From: Eledone cirrhosa
Lineage: Eukaryota
Direction of reading: 5' to 3'
Assembly: GCA_964016885.1 (NCBI GenBank)
Contig: OZ024747.1
Location: 66,898,001 to 66,962,000 of the forward strand
DNA: 64,000 nt
Shown here: in pieces, positions 12,573 to 28,251 of the stretch
Position numbering within the stretch: position 1 is the first letter of the stretch
How the letters are laid out: every line of letters starts with the position of its first letter
Notes under the pieces: generated by a model
Database searches by the model: none
The model's input: only the letters and a program-made list of their open reading frames with translations
What the model was told of the DNA's origin: nothing
Made by a program: the position numbers and the translations under genes

Positions 12573-13055
12573 TTAGTATGTGGCATTGATCTCATCCAGA
12601 GTAAATCCAGGTGTTTTTTTGTAGCACTTCCTCAGTTCCCTGAGGATTAGCTTATTGTACAGTTCAGTGTTCATGTTGTAGAGGTTGTTTGTTTTGTCAG
12701 CATGGACAAGTATTCCAGTTGTCCCTTTAAGTACTGTAATCCGGTTTCTCAGGTGTCTGAGGTACTCCTGACTTCTGGTTGGGTTTCCGGAGAATTTGAG
12801 GTTGGATATGATGTTAATCATCTCGTTTTCAAACTCCTCCATTAGTCTGTTATGGGGGGGATTCCTCCTTGATCGAAAAAGGTACTCCATGTTTTCTGTG
12901 TTTGTAGTTTTCTGCGTTCCTCTTTCGAAGTGGAACGCCTTCCATCTCATCCTACGGATGAGGGAGTCCGTACTCTTGATGAGATCACTGGTGTATTCTC
13001 GTTTATCAGGTAGGGGGATGTCCTTCAGTGACGCTAAGGTTGCCAGTTTATCCAT
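12573..13055 (-). pseudogene. PLE ORF N-terminal fragment (160 aa)
   Basis: SLKDIP, RMRWKA and ADKTNNLY motifs typical of the region preceding the PLE RT. Confidence 0.75.
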
Positions 13056-13147
13056 AGTGACTTAGGTCCGCTACTGTTTGAAGCGCTCAACCCGTGTGGG
13101 AGCTAGATAGATTTTGAGTTTATGTTGGTATACAACCAACATAAACT

Positions 13148-13184
<37 letters not shown>

Positions 13185-13265
13185 TATATAATAGCGATTC
13201 TTAGCCATTTTTGAATCTATTTTTGGCGGAATCGGATTGAAAATCTAGATGTCTGATTTTGAGTT

Positions 13266-13344
13266 TGTCTCCTGATGAATCCTAACTCAGGACATTCCTA
13301 TTATTTGGATGTCTAAAAATACGGATGAAACCATGGTAGAGATA
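13266..13344 (+). ncRNA. Type I hammerhead ribozyme
   Basis: tgtctc-CTGATGA-atcc..ggat-GAAA-ccatgg-TA-gagata. Confidence 0.85.
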
Positions 13345-13688
13345 TGATTACGGTATGTACGCATTTCTTCTAAGTTTAATTTTACACCTAATTGTGTATG
13401 GTTGATGATATATTTAGTCAGTTTCTACATGCTGTCGAAATGTTGGATAAATACTCGATTGGGGCCACCGCGAAGAGGCTACGTTCGGTTATTTGTCGGA
13501 GATTTCTCCATAAGAGCCTTTCTTCTTATAGCTTGATCTAATTGATTTTTTATATGGTTAATTATGCTAATTAGAAGAAGAAATAGTATATATTTTATCT
13601 GATGATTCTAAAGACATGATTTATGATATATATATAGATATCTATATATATAGAGAGAGAGAGAGAAAGAGAGAGAGGGAGAGAGAGT

Positions 13689-13740
<52 letters not shown>

Positions 13741-13762
13741 TACAAGCAGGCAGACAGAAGAC

Positions 13763-13869
<107 letters not shown>

Positions 13870-14961
13870 TAGATATAGATATATAAAGTAAAAGGATGAT
13901 TAACATGGATAAGCGATATAATAGGGTTTATTCTAAACATTAACATATGTTTCATTACTAAATAAGCAATTAATTTGTTTCTTGGAACCGCTATCATCAA
14001 TAATCGATATATAAATAAAATGATAGCAGAAGACCTGATTGGAAGATATGCTCTAACATTTTAATTCCGTAAAATCATTTCACATATTTCAATGGCCCAG
14101 CTCTATCAAGCAAATATGATGCATGGCAGGATGATTTCATCAGGTAACTTCGACAGAATTACATAGCAGGGTTACGTTGAACCGACATTTATGGAAGATA
14201 GGGAAAAGAGAAAAGGAAATTGAAAAATGAAAATTTGACCCGGGCATTGTCTGTAACGGAACTGTTGTAGTGTGAAAAGACTAAAACAGTTGTTGATCAG
14301 ACGCTCTAAACATTGAGCAAATCCACCATCATTGATGAATACTTTATTGAATCCCAGATGGATAAAAGGTAAATTTGAACTCGGAGGGGTTGGAACTCAT
14401 AACTAAGAAACCAAGCACCAATATCACAAACCTGTTGCCCTTATACTCTAATGAATCTGTCTATTGACATCGGAAGGATGAAAGGTGATGTTGAACTCGG
14501 TCAGATTTAAACACAGAATGCAGAGAGCTGGCACAGATATTACAAATCTTTATCGCTTAGTTTTCAACGGTGCTAATATTTCAGTTGATGGATTTTACAA
14601 TGGATGATGGTGTGATATTTGGAGTAGAAATACGTCTACTGTGTTCTATTGTCAGTACTTCCATTTACAATATCAAATTGTTAGTATGCTTCGCTTTGTT
14701 ACATGCATATAAATGGTAGCTATAGGAAGAGTCGAGAAGAGAGTGAGGTGTATGTGTGAGAGAGAGAGAGAAACAGAGAGAGAGATAGGGAGAGAGGAAG
14801 AGAGAAATGCTGCTTTGTAAACTAACTGCTCCATATGGTGGACAGCTAAGCTACACTAGTTTGCATATAAAGTAAATGTGTGCAAGCCATTGAACGTGAA
14901 CACACAAGGGAGAGTAGTTATATACATGGACATTTATTGGTGGGTTACTAATAAATTTCTG

Positions 14962-15018
<57 letters not shown>

Positions 15019-15029
15019 GGTGTGTGTGC

Positions 15030-15077
<48 letters not shown>

Positions 15078-15596
15078 ATGTATGCATGTATGTATAGATG
15101 AGGTGAGATGACCCCTTAGCCTTTGTCAAGGCAGAATTCTAGGAGAAGGAAAACTCTATATAACGCCTGCAACTCTGATGGTATCCAATGATGTTGACTT
15201 GTTCTTCTTTTTGGTAAATATCATTTTGGTTAAGAGAGTGGGACTGGCTTTGTGCAGTGCTTTTGCTCACTATAAAAGCTTCACGGCACAGGCATTGCTT
15301 TATATCTGGAGATCTCACTGCACTTGTCGTCACATGGTACCATGGGCCCAGCACTATGTGTCAGTAATTGTCACAAGTGTAGTGTTTGTACCAGAGTTTT
15401 CAAGTCGCTGGCTGGACTAAAAATTCACACCCGTTCAGCGCATCGGTAGGGGTTCTCCTACATGGATATAAAGTAGTGGCCGTACTCGAAAACGAGTTGG
15501 CAGCCACCATGTATGTAAAAGGTAAACAGAAATAACAACACAAACGGAAGGAATATATTAGTAGTTAGTTTAACGCTTGAAATAGCAGGAAGAGGG

Positions 15597-15632
15597 TCTT
15601 AACATTTCCGACTCTAGTCCTTCATCAGAAGA
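15597..15632 (-). ncRNA. Minimal hammerhead ribozyme, somewhat degenerate
   Basis: tctt-CTGATGA-aggactagagtcg-GAAA-tg-TT-aaga. Confidence 0.6.
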
Positions 15633-16414
15633 AAGAATGAGAAATTAGAAAGATTGAAGGGATGGGCAGGGCGGAATCGGAAAACATCTTTTTGTAAAAA
15701 AATAATATGTTGCCATCATAGTGTGGGTGTGTGTGAGTATATAAGCATTTATAGATATATTTAGATTACTCGATCTATCTGTGTTTCTAATTATAATAAT
15801 AATTGCTTCTACATTTGCCACAAGGCCAAATATAGAAGCAATTTAAATAAAAGTGCGTTACTACTCCTTTATTTTATCTATCCCATAATTAATTTTATCT
15901 CTCCCCTCTCGTTCACTCACTCCCGACCCTCTCCCACTCTTTGGATATCGTTGTATGTATACAAGCGCGAACCTAATACCTTTAGTAACTTGTACCCCTG
16001 TGTTGTTGTTTTTACTTTCCTATATATATATATATACACACACATGAATTATTTCTAATATATTCTGGTTATTGATTAAAGAAGTATCAACGCCAGAGAA
16101 GCATCACACAGTGAGATTAAGCTTGCATTAACGTTGAACATTGTTATCGTGGGTTTAAAATAAAACCATTCCCAGGGATTTATAACAACTACAGCATTGT
16201 CTCATCCACATTTTCATCACATCTACATCATTATAATCGTTATAATCTCTACAATATTACCTCACCTACATTATTATTACATCTACAATATTACTATGTA
16301 TATAACATTACCGTATTTACACCATTCTAAAAGCTAGATGCTTTCCTTCACTGAAAAATACTAGATAATTTGCAGGACAACTTAGAAGTTGATAAGCGTC
16401 AACCAGTCAGTAGC

Positions 16415-16566
16415 AAGGTTAACACCAAGTTGCCACTGGTACACATTTTTAATCGAAGTACCTGGGGCAATGTGAAATTAAGTGACTTGCTCAAAGACAC
16501 ACAAGGTCCTCCAGTCTATGAATCGAACCCAACACTTTATGATCGTGAACCAAACACCCTAACCAT
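16415..16566 (-). mobile_element. Old tRNA-derived SINE fragment
   Basis: GGGTTCGATTC B box and GTGTCTTTGAGCAAGTCACTT motif on the minus strand. Confidence 0.55.
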
Positions 16567-17715
16567 TTCGAAAGTTTATAAGTTTCTAATTCTTATCACC
16601 ACTCATAAAACTAACTATTTCAACTCTGTAAACAAAGTTTTCTGTAGAAAATCTTTGAATAGGAAAATAACCAATGATCAGGATGGAGGAAATAATTAAT
16701 ATTTCCATTGGTCTTTCCATTGCTGATATTATTTGCCGTTCAAATTCAAATCTCCTGGTAGGAGGAGCCATTTGAAATAAAATATTATGTTCCAGAACAC
16801 AACACACCTCGCGGTCCAGAAATAGAATACATGGTTTAATCGTGCATCCTACACCATAGCCAGTAAGCCATGTATCTAAATAATATAGAGAAACTGCAAA
16901 CAAAAATCTGATTGTGATGAATTTTCTTGAAATGTAGATCAGATACTAATGAGATTTGGTTTCCGAAATGAAATAAAAAGAAAAAAGAAATTAGTCCACG
17001 TATCACCATTAAAATTATTGGTAAATAAATAGAAATTATCCTTGTCCAAGATCTGAACTACAGGGACTTCGTGACAAGTGAAAATTAAATTAAGACTTCT
17101 ATTTTTTTTTTTTTTTTTGTCTTAATACCGCTGCAAAGAAAAGATGGTGAGCCCCCACAGAGTAACATTCTTAAAAGTCGTACGTTCTAATATTTGAGTC
17201 TACTACATTTTACCTACATCATCATTTAATTCCATTACAGAAAGTGTGAACATCACAATACCGTCCTTGTATTTCATTGAAAAGGGACTGTAAATTACAT
17301 TTAAGCAATAAATTGTTGAATTCCCAAAGAAAATCTGATATCGTTTCAGACGCTAAGATTAAAAATAAAATAGACAACGTGTTTGAAATGTCAATTATAA
17401 AGCAACAAAATAATTTAGAAGGAAGTATACTGGCGCCATCTAAAGGATAATTATTGCATCTTTATAAACAAGATGACTTGTAATTTTTCATTTCTTTGTT
17501 GAACAACGTCAGAATGTTTATCTTGAATGAATCAAACAAACATGGCGTCCATCTTTTTAAAGTTCTAGAATTATCTATCAGATCGTATTCTAGCGTCGTA
17601 TTTCATTCTCGACACTGGATTGAAATTTCTGCTTATTTTTACTTTTGTTGTTGTTTTAATTTTAACCACACTATATCTTAATACTAGTTATTTCTGTGTG
17701 CCTTTGCGTCTGTAT

Positions 17716-17801
<86 letters not shown>

Positions 17802-18255
17802 CGTGAGAGCTCTGTAAGGCCAATTGACGGCATTTATCTACGCGAGAATATATCAGTGTGCTGCCTCCGGGTTAACACCAACTTGATATGTCATTATTCT
17901 CTCTATTGGGTAAAAAAGCTTTCTGTCAAGTAAAGAGAATCCCATGATCTTCAATGCTGTATGATATATCCTTGTATATCTTTGATAATTTTTATTCTAC
18001 TGCACTTTCAAATCCTTGTTTTCCTTTTATTCCCTCCAGACAAATCTACCGAAGACAATAACATACTGCCTTTGGCGTGTGATGCTGACTGACACAGGTG
18101 TGATACATTACAATAATATCTGAGAGCGTGTGCAAATTTTATGAATCTGATATTAAATGTCGTCGGACTTGAGCCAATGAAATTGAAGAAATTTAGTAAC
18201 TAAACATATCATTATACATACATACATACACACACACATACATACACACACATAT

Positions 18256-18324
<69 letters not shown>

Positions 18325-18339
18325 TATATATATATATAA

Positions 18340-18448
<109 letters not shown>

Positions 18449-18870
18449 TATATATATATATATATGTGTGTGTGTAAGTGTATATTTATTTATATATATA
18501 TATATACTTACATATGCTACATTCCCTCAGGGCAAACATCCGATATAATGGAATTAGTTAGTTAATGGGCTGTTCTTCAAAGAATTGTTTGAAAATTTCT
18601 GTCTCCAGCATTCTCATTTCATTTCCCCCTCCCTCTTTCTGTTTTTCTCTCTATTTTTCGTGATTCACTCCCTCTCTTTTTCTCAAGATATTACTCCCTC
18701 TTACACTCCAGCACTCATACACTCACACAGTCTCACAGATATAAAGGCACACATAGAGACTCTCACAAACACCCTCACCCTCTCATACACAAACACACAC
18801 ACAGATACTCACACGCACACTCACACCTACACACACACACATATGTATACCTATTTACCATCGTATCTAG

Positions 18871-18917
<47 letters not shown>

Positions 18918-18942
18918 TATATAAATATATATATATATATAT

Positions 18943-19275
18943 ACGATATTAAACAAATGGAAACTATATTTATAAAACCATATTTATTTCATTATACATA
19001 TTTCAGGGATACCATATTAGAAATATGGCATGCCTTCTTCAGATAAAATGCAATATATAAGCAGTTTTATAAATAAATTTGACGTACCATAAATATTGTT
19101 CAACTTCCATTTAAAAAAGTTGGTTTGGTAGTTGGTTTGAAATAAATATGGTTTTATAAATATAGTTTCCATTTGTTTAATATCGTATATCTACTCCAAA
19201 ACTTGTTGAGTGCTTTATATCAGTTATAAAATATTTATTCGTTGTAACCCAACAATTTTAAATAAAACTTTTGCA
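18943..19275. mobile_element. Non-coding PLE-type inverted pair in (TA)n
   Basis: 18943-18991 inverted at 19138-19187; HHR on the left arm; a second family member at 52942-53085. Confidence 0.75.
18987..19048 (-). ncRNA. Type I hammerhead ribozyme
   Basis: ttttat-CTGAAGA-aggcatgccatatt..aatatggtatccct-GAAA-tatgta-TA-atgaaa. Confidence 0.8.
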
Positions 19276-19288
19276 TATATATATAAAT

Positions 19289-19936
<648 letters not shown>

Positions 19937-19970
19937 AGATTTGAATGGATACAGTTTAGTTGAAAGAAAT

Positions 19971-20091
19971 TTATTGACACGTGTTTCTATAACAGTTACA
20001 TAACCTGAAAACAGCTGCTATCTACAAAGTATTAGTTATGCAGACAATCAATATTTCAATGTTATTATTTACTGTCATTTCATCAGAATAA
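19971..20091 (-). ncRNA. Hammerhead ribozyme with long stem II (inverted-arm copy)
   Basis: Reverse complement of 22048-22168. Confidence 0.8.
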
Positions 20092-20640
20092 TATTACTGA
20101 GCACCTGTTTGGTTTTTATAGAGAATATTAGGAGAGAGGGGTGAAGTTGTTAGAAGAATAGTTGAGGGAGTGGATTTTGATAGCAGTGAGAATTTTTGGT
20201 GGCAGTGAGTAATTAGATTCCCATCTGTTGTTTTGACATTTTTATAGAATATATTATTGGTTATTTTTCTAAATCTATAGAGGGATTAGAGATAGTAAAG
20301 ATATGCGTGGTTGGTTTTGTGTTTGCACTTAATTAACATTCAGACTTAAATTTTTTCATTCCAGTGTACGTATCCTTTCACCCACGCATTCTCACACAAA
20401 CATATTTGCACCCCTCTACAAAATACATATACTCACATTCACATAGTAACATGTTCATACTTACATACATATACACATGCATACATATATATATACACAC
20501 ATGTATTCATGTACATACATACGCGTTCATGTGTGTACATTTTCATACTCAACTTATCTTTATATACACACGTATAGACACACACATATATACATACATA
20601 CTCTAGTCTATGTGTATATATATACATATACATATATATC

Positions 20641-20690
<50 letters not shown>

Positions 20691-20903
20691 CATTTTAATA
20701 CATGAATACACTTACATCTAACTATACACATCAAACATATATATATATTTACTTATTTATATACATTTTCACATATATATACATACTTATGGTCGCTTTT
20801 AGACACATTCATTATCGCATTTTTGCACATATTCTCATCAGCATATCTTTCCATTATTAGTGTGGTAAATTGAGGTTATTAATATACATATATATGTTGA
20901 GAA

Positions 20904-21125
20904 GAAATTGCTTGGACGCTCAGGGATAGCGATCAAAAGTTTACCCTAAAATGGGAGAAATTAGCTAAAACCCAAAGCTTTTCCAGGAGCCAAAATTTCT
21001 GCAAATTGTGTAATCTTGAGATTTATTACATAATCACACACAAGAAGAAATTGCTGAATAACAGAATTGAACGAACATTATTTTGCCGTCACCTTTTTTC
21101 CCACTACAAGCCGAATATTACATAA
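20904..21125 (+). pseudogene. PLE GIY-YIG endonuclease C-terminal fragment (not in ORF track)
   Basis: EIAWTLRDSDQKFTLKWEKLAKTQSFSRSQNFCKLCNLEIYYIITHKKKLLNNRIERTLFCRHLFSHYKPNIT*; aligns with the CxLC..E..LN.R.E...CxH ends of the other two PLE ORFs. Confidence 0.85.
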
Positions 21126-21401
21126 AAGAGGGATATCCCCCCAACTATATAAACCTCAATCTAGTTAGAAAAATATAAAAACAATTTCTTCTCAACATAT
21201 ATATGTATATTAATAACCTCAAATTACCACACTAATAATGGAAAGATATGCTGATGAGAATATGTGCAAAAATGCGATAATGAATGTGTCTAAAAGCGAC
21301 CATAAGTATGTATATATATGTGAAAATGTATATAAATAAGTAAATATATATATATGTTTGATGTGTATAGTTAGATGTAAGTGTATTCATGTATTAAAAT
21401 G

Positions 21402-21498
<97 letters not shown>

Positions 21499-22047
21499 GG
21501 ATATATATGTATATGTATATATATACACATAGACTAGAGTATGTATATATATGTGTGTGTCTATACGTGTGTATATAAAGATAAGTTGAGTATGAAAATG
21601 TACACACATGAACGCGTATGTATGTACATGAATACATGTGTGTATATATATATGTATGCATGTGTATATGTATGTAAGTATGAACATGTTACTATGTGAA
21701 TGTGAGTATATGTATTTTGTAGAGGGGTGCAAATATGTTTGTGTGAGAATGCGTGGGTGAAAGGTAACGTACACTGGAAAGAAAAAATTTAAGTCTGAAT
21801 GTTAATTAAGTGCAAACACAAAACCAACCACGCATATCTTTACTATCTCTAATCCCTCTATAGATTTAGAAAAATAACCAATAATATATTCTATAAAAAT
21901 GTCAAAACAACAGATGGGAATCTAATTACTCACTGCCACCAAAAATTCTCACTGCTATCAAAAAACCACTCCCTCAACTATTCTTCTAACAACTTCACCC
22001 CTCTCTCTTAATATTCTCTATAAAAACCAAACAGGTGCTCAGTAATA

Positions 22048-22168
22048 TTATTCTGATGAAATGACAGTAAATAATAACATTGAAATATTGATTGTCTGCA
22101 TAACTAATACTTTGTAGATAGCAGCTGTTTTCAGGTTATGTAACTGTTATAGAAACACGTGTCAATAA
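22048..22168 (+). ncRNA. Hammerhead ribozyme with long stem II
   Basis: ttatt-CTGATGA-aatgacagt..actgttata-GAAA-cacgtg-TC-aataa. Confidence 0.8.
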
Positions 22169-22322
22169 ATTCCTTTCAACTAAACTGTATCCATTCAAAT
22201 CTTTCTATTTTTCTCCGAATTACTTTTGGAATTTCAACTGGAACCGTCGAGCAAACTCTACGTGAGCTGTCAATCTACTGTGTGTAATATTTATATTACA
22301 ACACAACGGAAAATACTGTATA

Positions 22323-22480
<158 letters not shown>

Positions 22481-22689
22481 TTTATATATATATATACCTC
22501 TCTCTCTTATACTCGATTTCTTTCTCATTCTCTCACTTTAGCGAAAAGAAATATTACAGAAACTGAAAGCAAATCTGGAACGTTTTATGTATATTTATTT
22601 CTAATATATATAGAATAAAAAAAAATTAAAATATTTGCTCTGCTTTATTCCTGTGTGTGTGGGATGGGGGTGTTGATCTTCTTTCTGTT

Positions 22690-22985
22690 CCAATGTTGAG
22701 CGTTCCATTTGTTCGAACAGTGGAGCAGACTAATCCCTGAAATTGACATGCAGGTGCCTCAGCATTCTACACACTCGCACAACATTAACGAAGTTCTCAG
22801 GATGATGCAACATGACCCAGTATGTGACAACAACACCCTTTGAATTGCAAGTACAACTTATTTTTACTGTCTGAACTGGAGTAGTGTTAAATAAAGTATC
22901 TTCTTGAAGGGCACTTCCAGATACTAGGCATCGAACTGCCAACTTTATGATCATGTGCCAAACACTCTAAGCACTTACCCATGTG
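22690..22985 (-). mobile_element. Old diverged tRNA-derived SINE
   Basis: AGTTCGATGCC B-box-like head and AAGATACTTTATTT motif shared with the SINE at 28252-28572; 3' part resembles 26175-26320. Confidence 0.55.
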
Positions 22986-25900
22986 CCTTCTGTCTGCTTT
23001 ATGTATTAAGCACTTAATGAACCTAAACCCATAACGATAACTCTAACATGTTTGTAATAACGTGTACCAGAAGTATACACTTCTCTTCGCTAAAATGCCT
23101 CCTTAGATTATTTATTAAATGTACCACAGTTTAGAGGCAAGTTATATGAGCTGTCACATATTGGCCGAAAATTAGATGAGCGGACATGTTATTAGGTGAC
23201 AATTTTCTGGGTTGGTAGGTTCCTATTTGGTGGCAGGTTCCTATTCGGTGGCAGATTTGCTTCGTTATCATAATGTCTCCGATTCGTTTCCACTGTGTGG
23301 CATCTTAGGAAAGACCGAAACATTGTCAGGAAAATATGTAGACATTACCTGTTCGGAATCCTATCGAATGGACTGCATATATTGATATATAAAAGGTAGA
23401 TATAACTTGTTAGTATATTAGTCCTGAATGTAATGAAAGGAGCATAGTATTCAGATTTGATATTACTACTAATAATAATTGTTTCTAATTAAAGCAAATT
23501 GCCAGCAATGTGTGGATAAGGGAAAGTCGAACGCATCTGCCTAAATATTTGACTGGTACCTTATTTCATCTCTCCCCAGAAGGATGAAATGCCAAGTTGA
23601 ACTCGCAATATAAAGAGCTAAATGCTTACTGCTACATATAATAACGTATCTTTCAATAATTTAAATGGTGATATTTCCAGGAAATGTGAGAAACTAACAT
23701 TTTTATAGAAATCAATAAATAAGGCCCTTGTGTATTTGTTCGAAAGCCGAAAAGAAAAAATTCATTTTATCACCCTAATTTCGAGTCCATCGATCTTTTA
23801 TGGATTTTTGAAGTTATTTCGACGATTTCAAGACTTCGAAGTTTTCTGAACATCTTGTATGCAAAACATAATTGAGATTATGATTAGAGTTGTTTGGAGG
23901 AAGAGAGTACAGTGGAAGTTAGAAAGAAAGGAGTGAAAACGGGAATAAAGCAAGACAAACAAAATAACCTTTTATTTTCAGGCCCTGTCGCACTTGTCAA
24001 AATTGTGCGGAGGATAATAGGGTGAACTCTTCTGAAATTATGTATGGTCGGTGTCTCGACAAAAGTTTCACTGAGAAAAAAGAAATGAGTGAACGTGAGA
24101 GTTTGTGTTCAATCGCTAGAAATGCTAGAAGTAGCAGTTAAATCACCTTCAAATAACATCGTACCGTTTTAAAAATAGAAAGACCTTAAGATAATGCAAT
24201 TTTCTATATACATTATATATTTGATAATACTTATCTTAATGCCCGTGTTTGTATTGTATTTAAGATATTCCCAGCTGTCTTCATAATATCTATATGTCAA
24301 ATGTTTCTGATTCATTTCATAATACTTTAGTTAATGTTCGTGTTTTATATCTGCCTATGATATTCTCAAACGTCTTCTACATATCCACATATCAAAAGTT
24401 TCGAATCTATCTGTTAATATTTTCGCTAATGCCCTTGTACAGTAGAGTGTACTATACATAGCAGTTTGATGAACTTTTTTTAAAAGAATTAATTCCCATT
24501 AAATATTCATTCAGGCTAGAGGTTGTTTATATATTTCTCCAATGTATTTCATTTCACTGTATGACCGAAATCCACGTCGTTGAAATTCCCGAGAAAACTT
24601 CTATGAGATTACATCTCAAGGAGGCCAGCTAGAGCTGCGCATGTGTGAGCAGTAAATTTCATTGTTCATTCTACGTGAAGCTTCAGAGCTCTACATGTGT
24701 ATCGAAACCGTATAAGAGTTTCTAAAACCTACTGATATCTTACTGTGTCCGAATTAATGTTATCGGTCTTGTTGTATTAATCTGTCGAAATCTAAGTGGG
24801 ATTCTTACTCTGCACTCTCTCCAATATATTCATTCTTCGCTAAAAGATTACAAAAAAAAAGTTAATCGATATTTCTTAATTTTGGTGTATAATAAGATTT
24901 CCTGGTCATTTCCGAAGATGTAGTTTAGATTCGGTGAGAAGTTTGACAAAAAAAGTTGCTTTCCTCTGATATAATGGATATCATACGACTTACGCGCCAG
25001 ATCAGAGTCGCCCTACATGACAGATTGTCAAACCAACAGATTTATTTCCCTCACATCGAATAAAAGATTACAGCAACTTTTTATTCCATTTTCTAATCCC
25101 GGCGTTATGTTTAAGATACAATTCATATCTGATTCATTGTAGATGATAACAACAATCACAGACACTGGTACGCCCGGAAAATGTTAATATATCATTACAT
25201 AAATATGAATATAAATAGATCGAACACCAATCGGAGATGTTATGGTGTCAGATTCAATCTGCTTCAGGGCAACGCTACTATAGTATTCGTAATTCCAATC
25301 AATGGAACGGAACGCAACTCTAATATAAAATTTCTATAGAGTTCCTTCAGATTAAATCCACATCTACAAGAAATATACGTATACTCTCTGGGGTCTACTC
25401 CATTTTGGTAATGATACTAATCTAGTATCATTTCTCAGTATAGTGGTGTGTTTTTTTGTGGTTGACGCTGTTTTTGTTCGATCTCAGGGGTTATTTGTTC
25501 GAGCAGGGGTTATTTTAGTACTGTTGTCTTATCATATATATCAAGTTCTAATTTATGGAAAATATTTTGTACTACGCTCAACATTTTGTCAATTGGTCAG
25601 AATTAATAATTATTAGTTCTCACTGTTATAATGGTAGGTGAAAAATAAAGGAAACTCACACACACACACACATACCAAATATATATGGTAATTACTGTGC
25701 GACTCAGTGAATTGATCTTGCTACTTTACTGTGTTGCTGCTTGTGTCCCATGGCCGTGGGTTCAATTCATGGTGTGTGTGAGTGGGACGTGCAGGCTCTT
25801 TTTACAAATGTCTACTCAAAAATTATTTAACTTGAGCCTACAATAAAAGTAACTTACAAAAATGGAGCGTAGGAAGATCGATCATAGGAACCTGTTGTAG

Positions 25901-26469
25901 GGCGTGTACTTCTTGACAACACGGTTATCTTAACGTCTACTTTATGTATGTAAATCTACGGACTCTTGCTGGGCAATGGGCGCAGCATATCTGGCTGGAT
26001 AAGCAAGTTGTTTTGCAATGATTAGGCCCCGGATTCGATCCTGTTGGATGGCATCTAGGGTAATTGTCATTTACCATTGCTCGGACTAAACCATGCGTTC
26101 AGATTGAATTGGATAGACAGAAACTATTTGGAAGTTCGTCAGACGGACTTCATCTACAATTCAAATTACCTACTCTGTCACACGCTGCCACGTTGTATTG
26201 TCCTGAAAATTGCGTTTATAATACACGTGTCTGTGGAAACCTCTACAATTTCCACGTTAATTTTACGTGCAGAAAGTTTCGTTGATTGGACAACTGAAAC
26301 ACTCATCGTCGAAACTAGTGGAGATCCATTCTATTGCCGTACAGCTTGTGGAGGTCTGGAATTTAAGTCTGGGAGGTTGTTAAACAACATGGTGAATTCA
26401 TTAACGTCATTTTAATTAGTGTTAGAATCTTCTTAGGAATAATAAAATTGCGTTATTTACTTGCTCGCA

Positions 26470-26520
<51 letters not shown>

Positions 26521-26528
26521 TCCCTCTA

Positions 26529-26594
<66 letters not shown>

Positions 26595-27113
26595 ATTCCC
26601 CCTATCTCTAAGCTATGAAATGTTCAGATATGAATAGAATATGATGCTGCTTTGGCAAAACCAAAGAGAGATAAATCATGTAATCTACTTGGGAGGAGGT
26701 CTATAGTACGCTTACGAAAAACAATATGATATTTGTCATATACTGTGCAGTGTAATGTATAATGAATCTATTGTCGTATATTGGATACAGAACACGTAAT
26801 ATTTTCTGTCTTAATTATGATGACTTCGAGTAAACATTTGCTATTCCTGTTTTCTGTATATAGAGAGTGAAAGAAAATCAACATCTGCGGATTTATTTAC
26901 TTTAATAATATCAAACAAAACGTCCACCACCTGCACAAAATCAAATATAATCAAAGATTCTCTGTTTTATCTTGTAAAGAAATAATGTAATATATGTAGA
27001 GAATGAGAAGTGTGTAATCAACCACCAAATAACGATCAATAGAAACAATTTATGTCGCCGGAAACTTTCATTTGCTTACACCTGTCCAACAAAGTAAGAG
27101 ATTATATATAAGA

Positions 27114-27162
<49 letters not shown>

Positions 27163-27180
27163 AGTATATATATATAAGAG

Positions 27181-27225
<45 letters not shown>

Positions 27226-27881
27226 AAGACGGGTGTATGCTTTAATTACTAGAACTTTCATTGGTTTTTAGATCTTTAAACGAGCCACCTAGAGTAGAAA
27301 AGTTATATAGAAGAAGAAGACGAAGTGATCGCCATTATACAGCAAATTAAGATTTGATTAGATACTCACAATAGATTCTTCCCTATGAAGCTTGCTAGAA
27401 GTTATCTATTTTGAGTAGATTTATTCAAGAAAACTAACCGGATTTTCAGAATGGAAGGAATATTAATCTAGGAATGCAATAAGCTAAACTTTCCCTCAAC
27501 TTCCGAGATATATAAAAGCAACGTGAAGTGTATTTCTTCTCAAAACTGTGCGACGTCTCGAAAATCCATTTCCATTAGTAAATTGCTGGTGCGTTAACAA
27601 CGTTTTGTTGCGATAATCAAGTGTACTAAACTGTCTGTATAGACAGATGTAAGCACCTTATATACGTAAAATAGCTGACTGAATACGCACGTATCTTTAC
27701 TCAAAATGATTTATCCGTTCCTTCTCCTTCGCTTTCTATCTTCTGGTGAACGACTAATTTCCGAAACATACAGACTTTTTCTATTATATCAAGTGTTAAA
27801 CTAATATATTTCTTCGTTATACTGTGTTGTTTGCTTCGTTTTTCTGTTTACCTTTTGCACTTTTGCACTTTTGCACTTTTG

Positions 27882-27912
<31 letters not shown>

Positions 27913-27918
27913 ACACAC

Positions 27919-27986
<68 letters not shown>

Positions 27987-27992
27987 GTGTGT

Positions 27993-28023
<31 letters not shown>

Positions 28024-28251
28024 CAAAAGTGCAAAAGTATATATATACATTATTGATGGTAAACTTTTTTTACAAAATGTATCGCTACCTTTTCATCCAA
28101 ATCTGCATGTATAGACAGATACAAACTTATTGCCTATCTATATATAAGGATTTATTCCAATACTGCACTTCTCTACAGGATGTGTCTATATATATAAATC
28201 TATATATATATATATTTTTATATATTCGATCGACTTTCGTCAAATCGGACC

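Larger units (their letters stand above)
12465..13152 (-). mobile_element. Internally deleted Penelope-like (Naiad-type) element: ORF N-terminus fused to an HHR-bearing 3' end
   Basis: ORF 12573-13055 with SLKDIPLP..LIRRMRWKAFHF, a PLE N-terminal motif; HHR immediately downstream; flanked by (TA)n. Confidence 0.75.
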
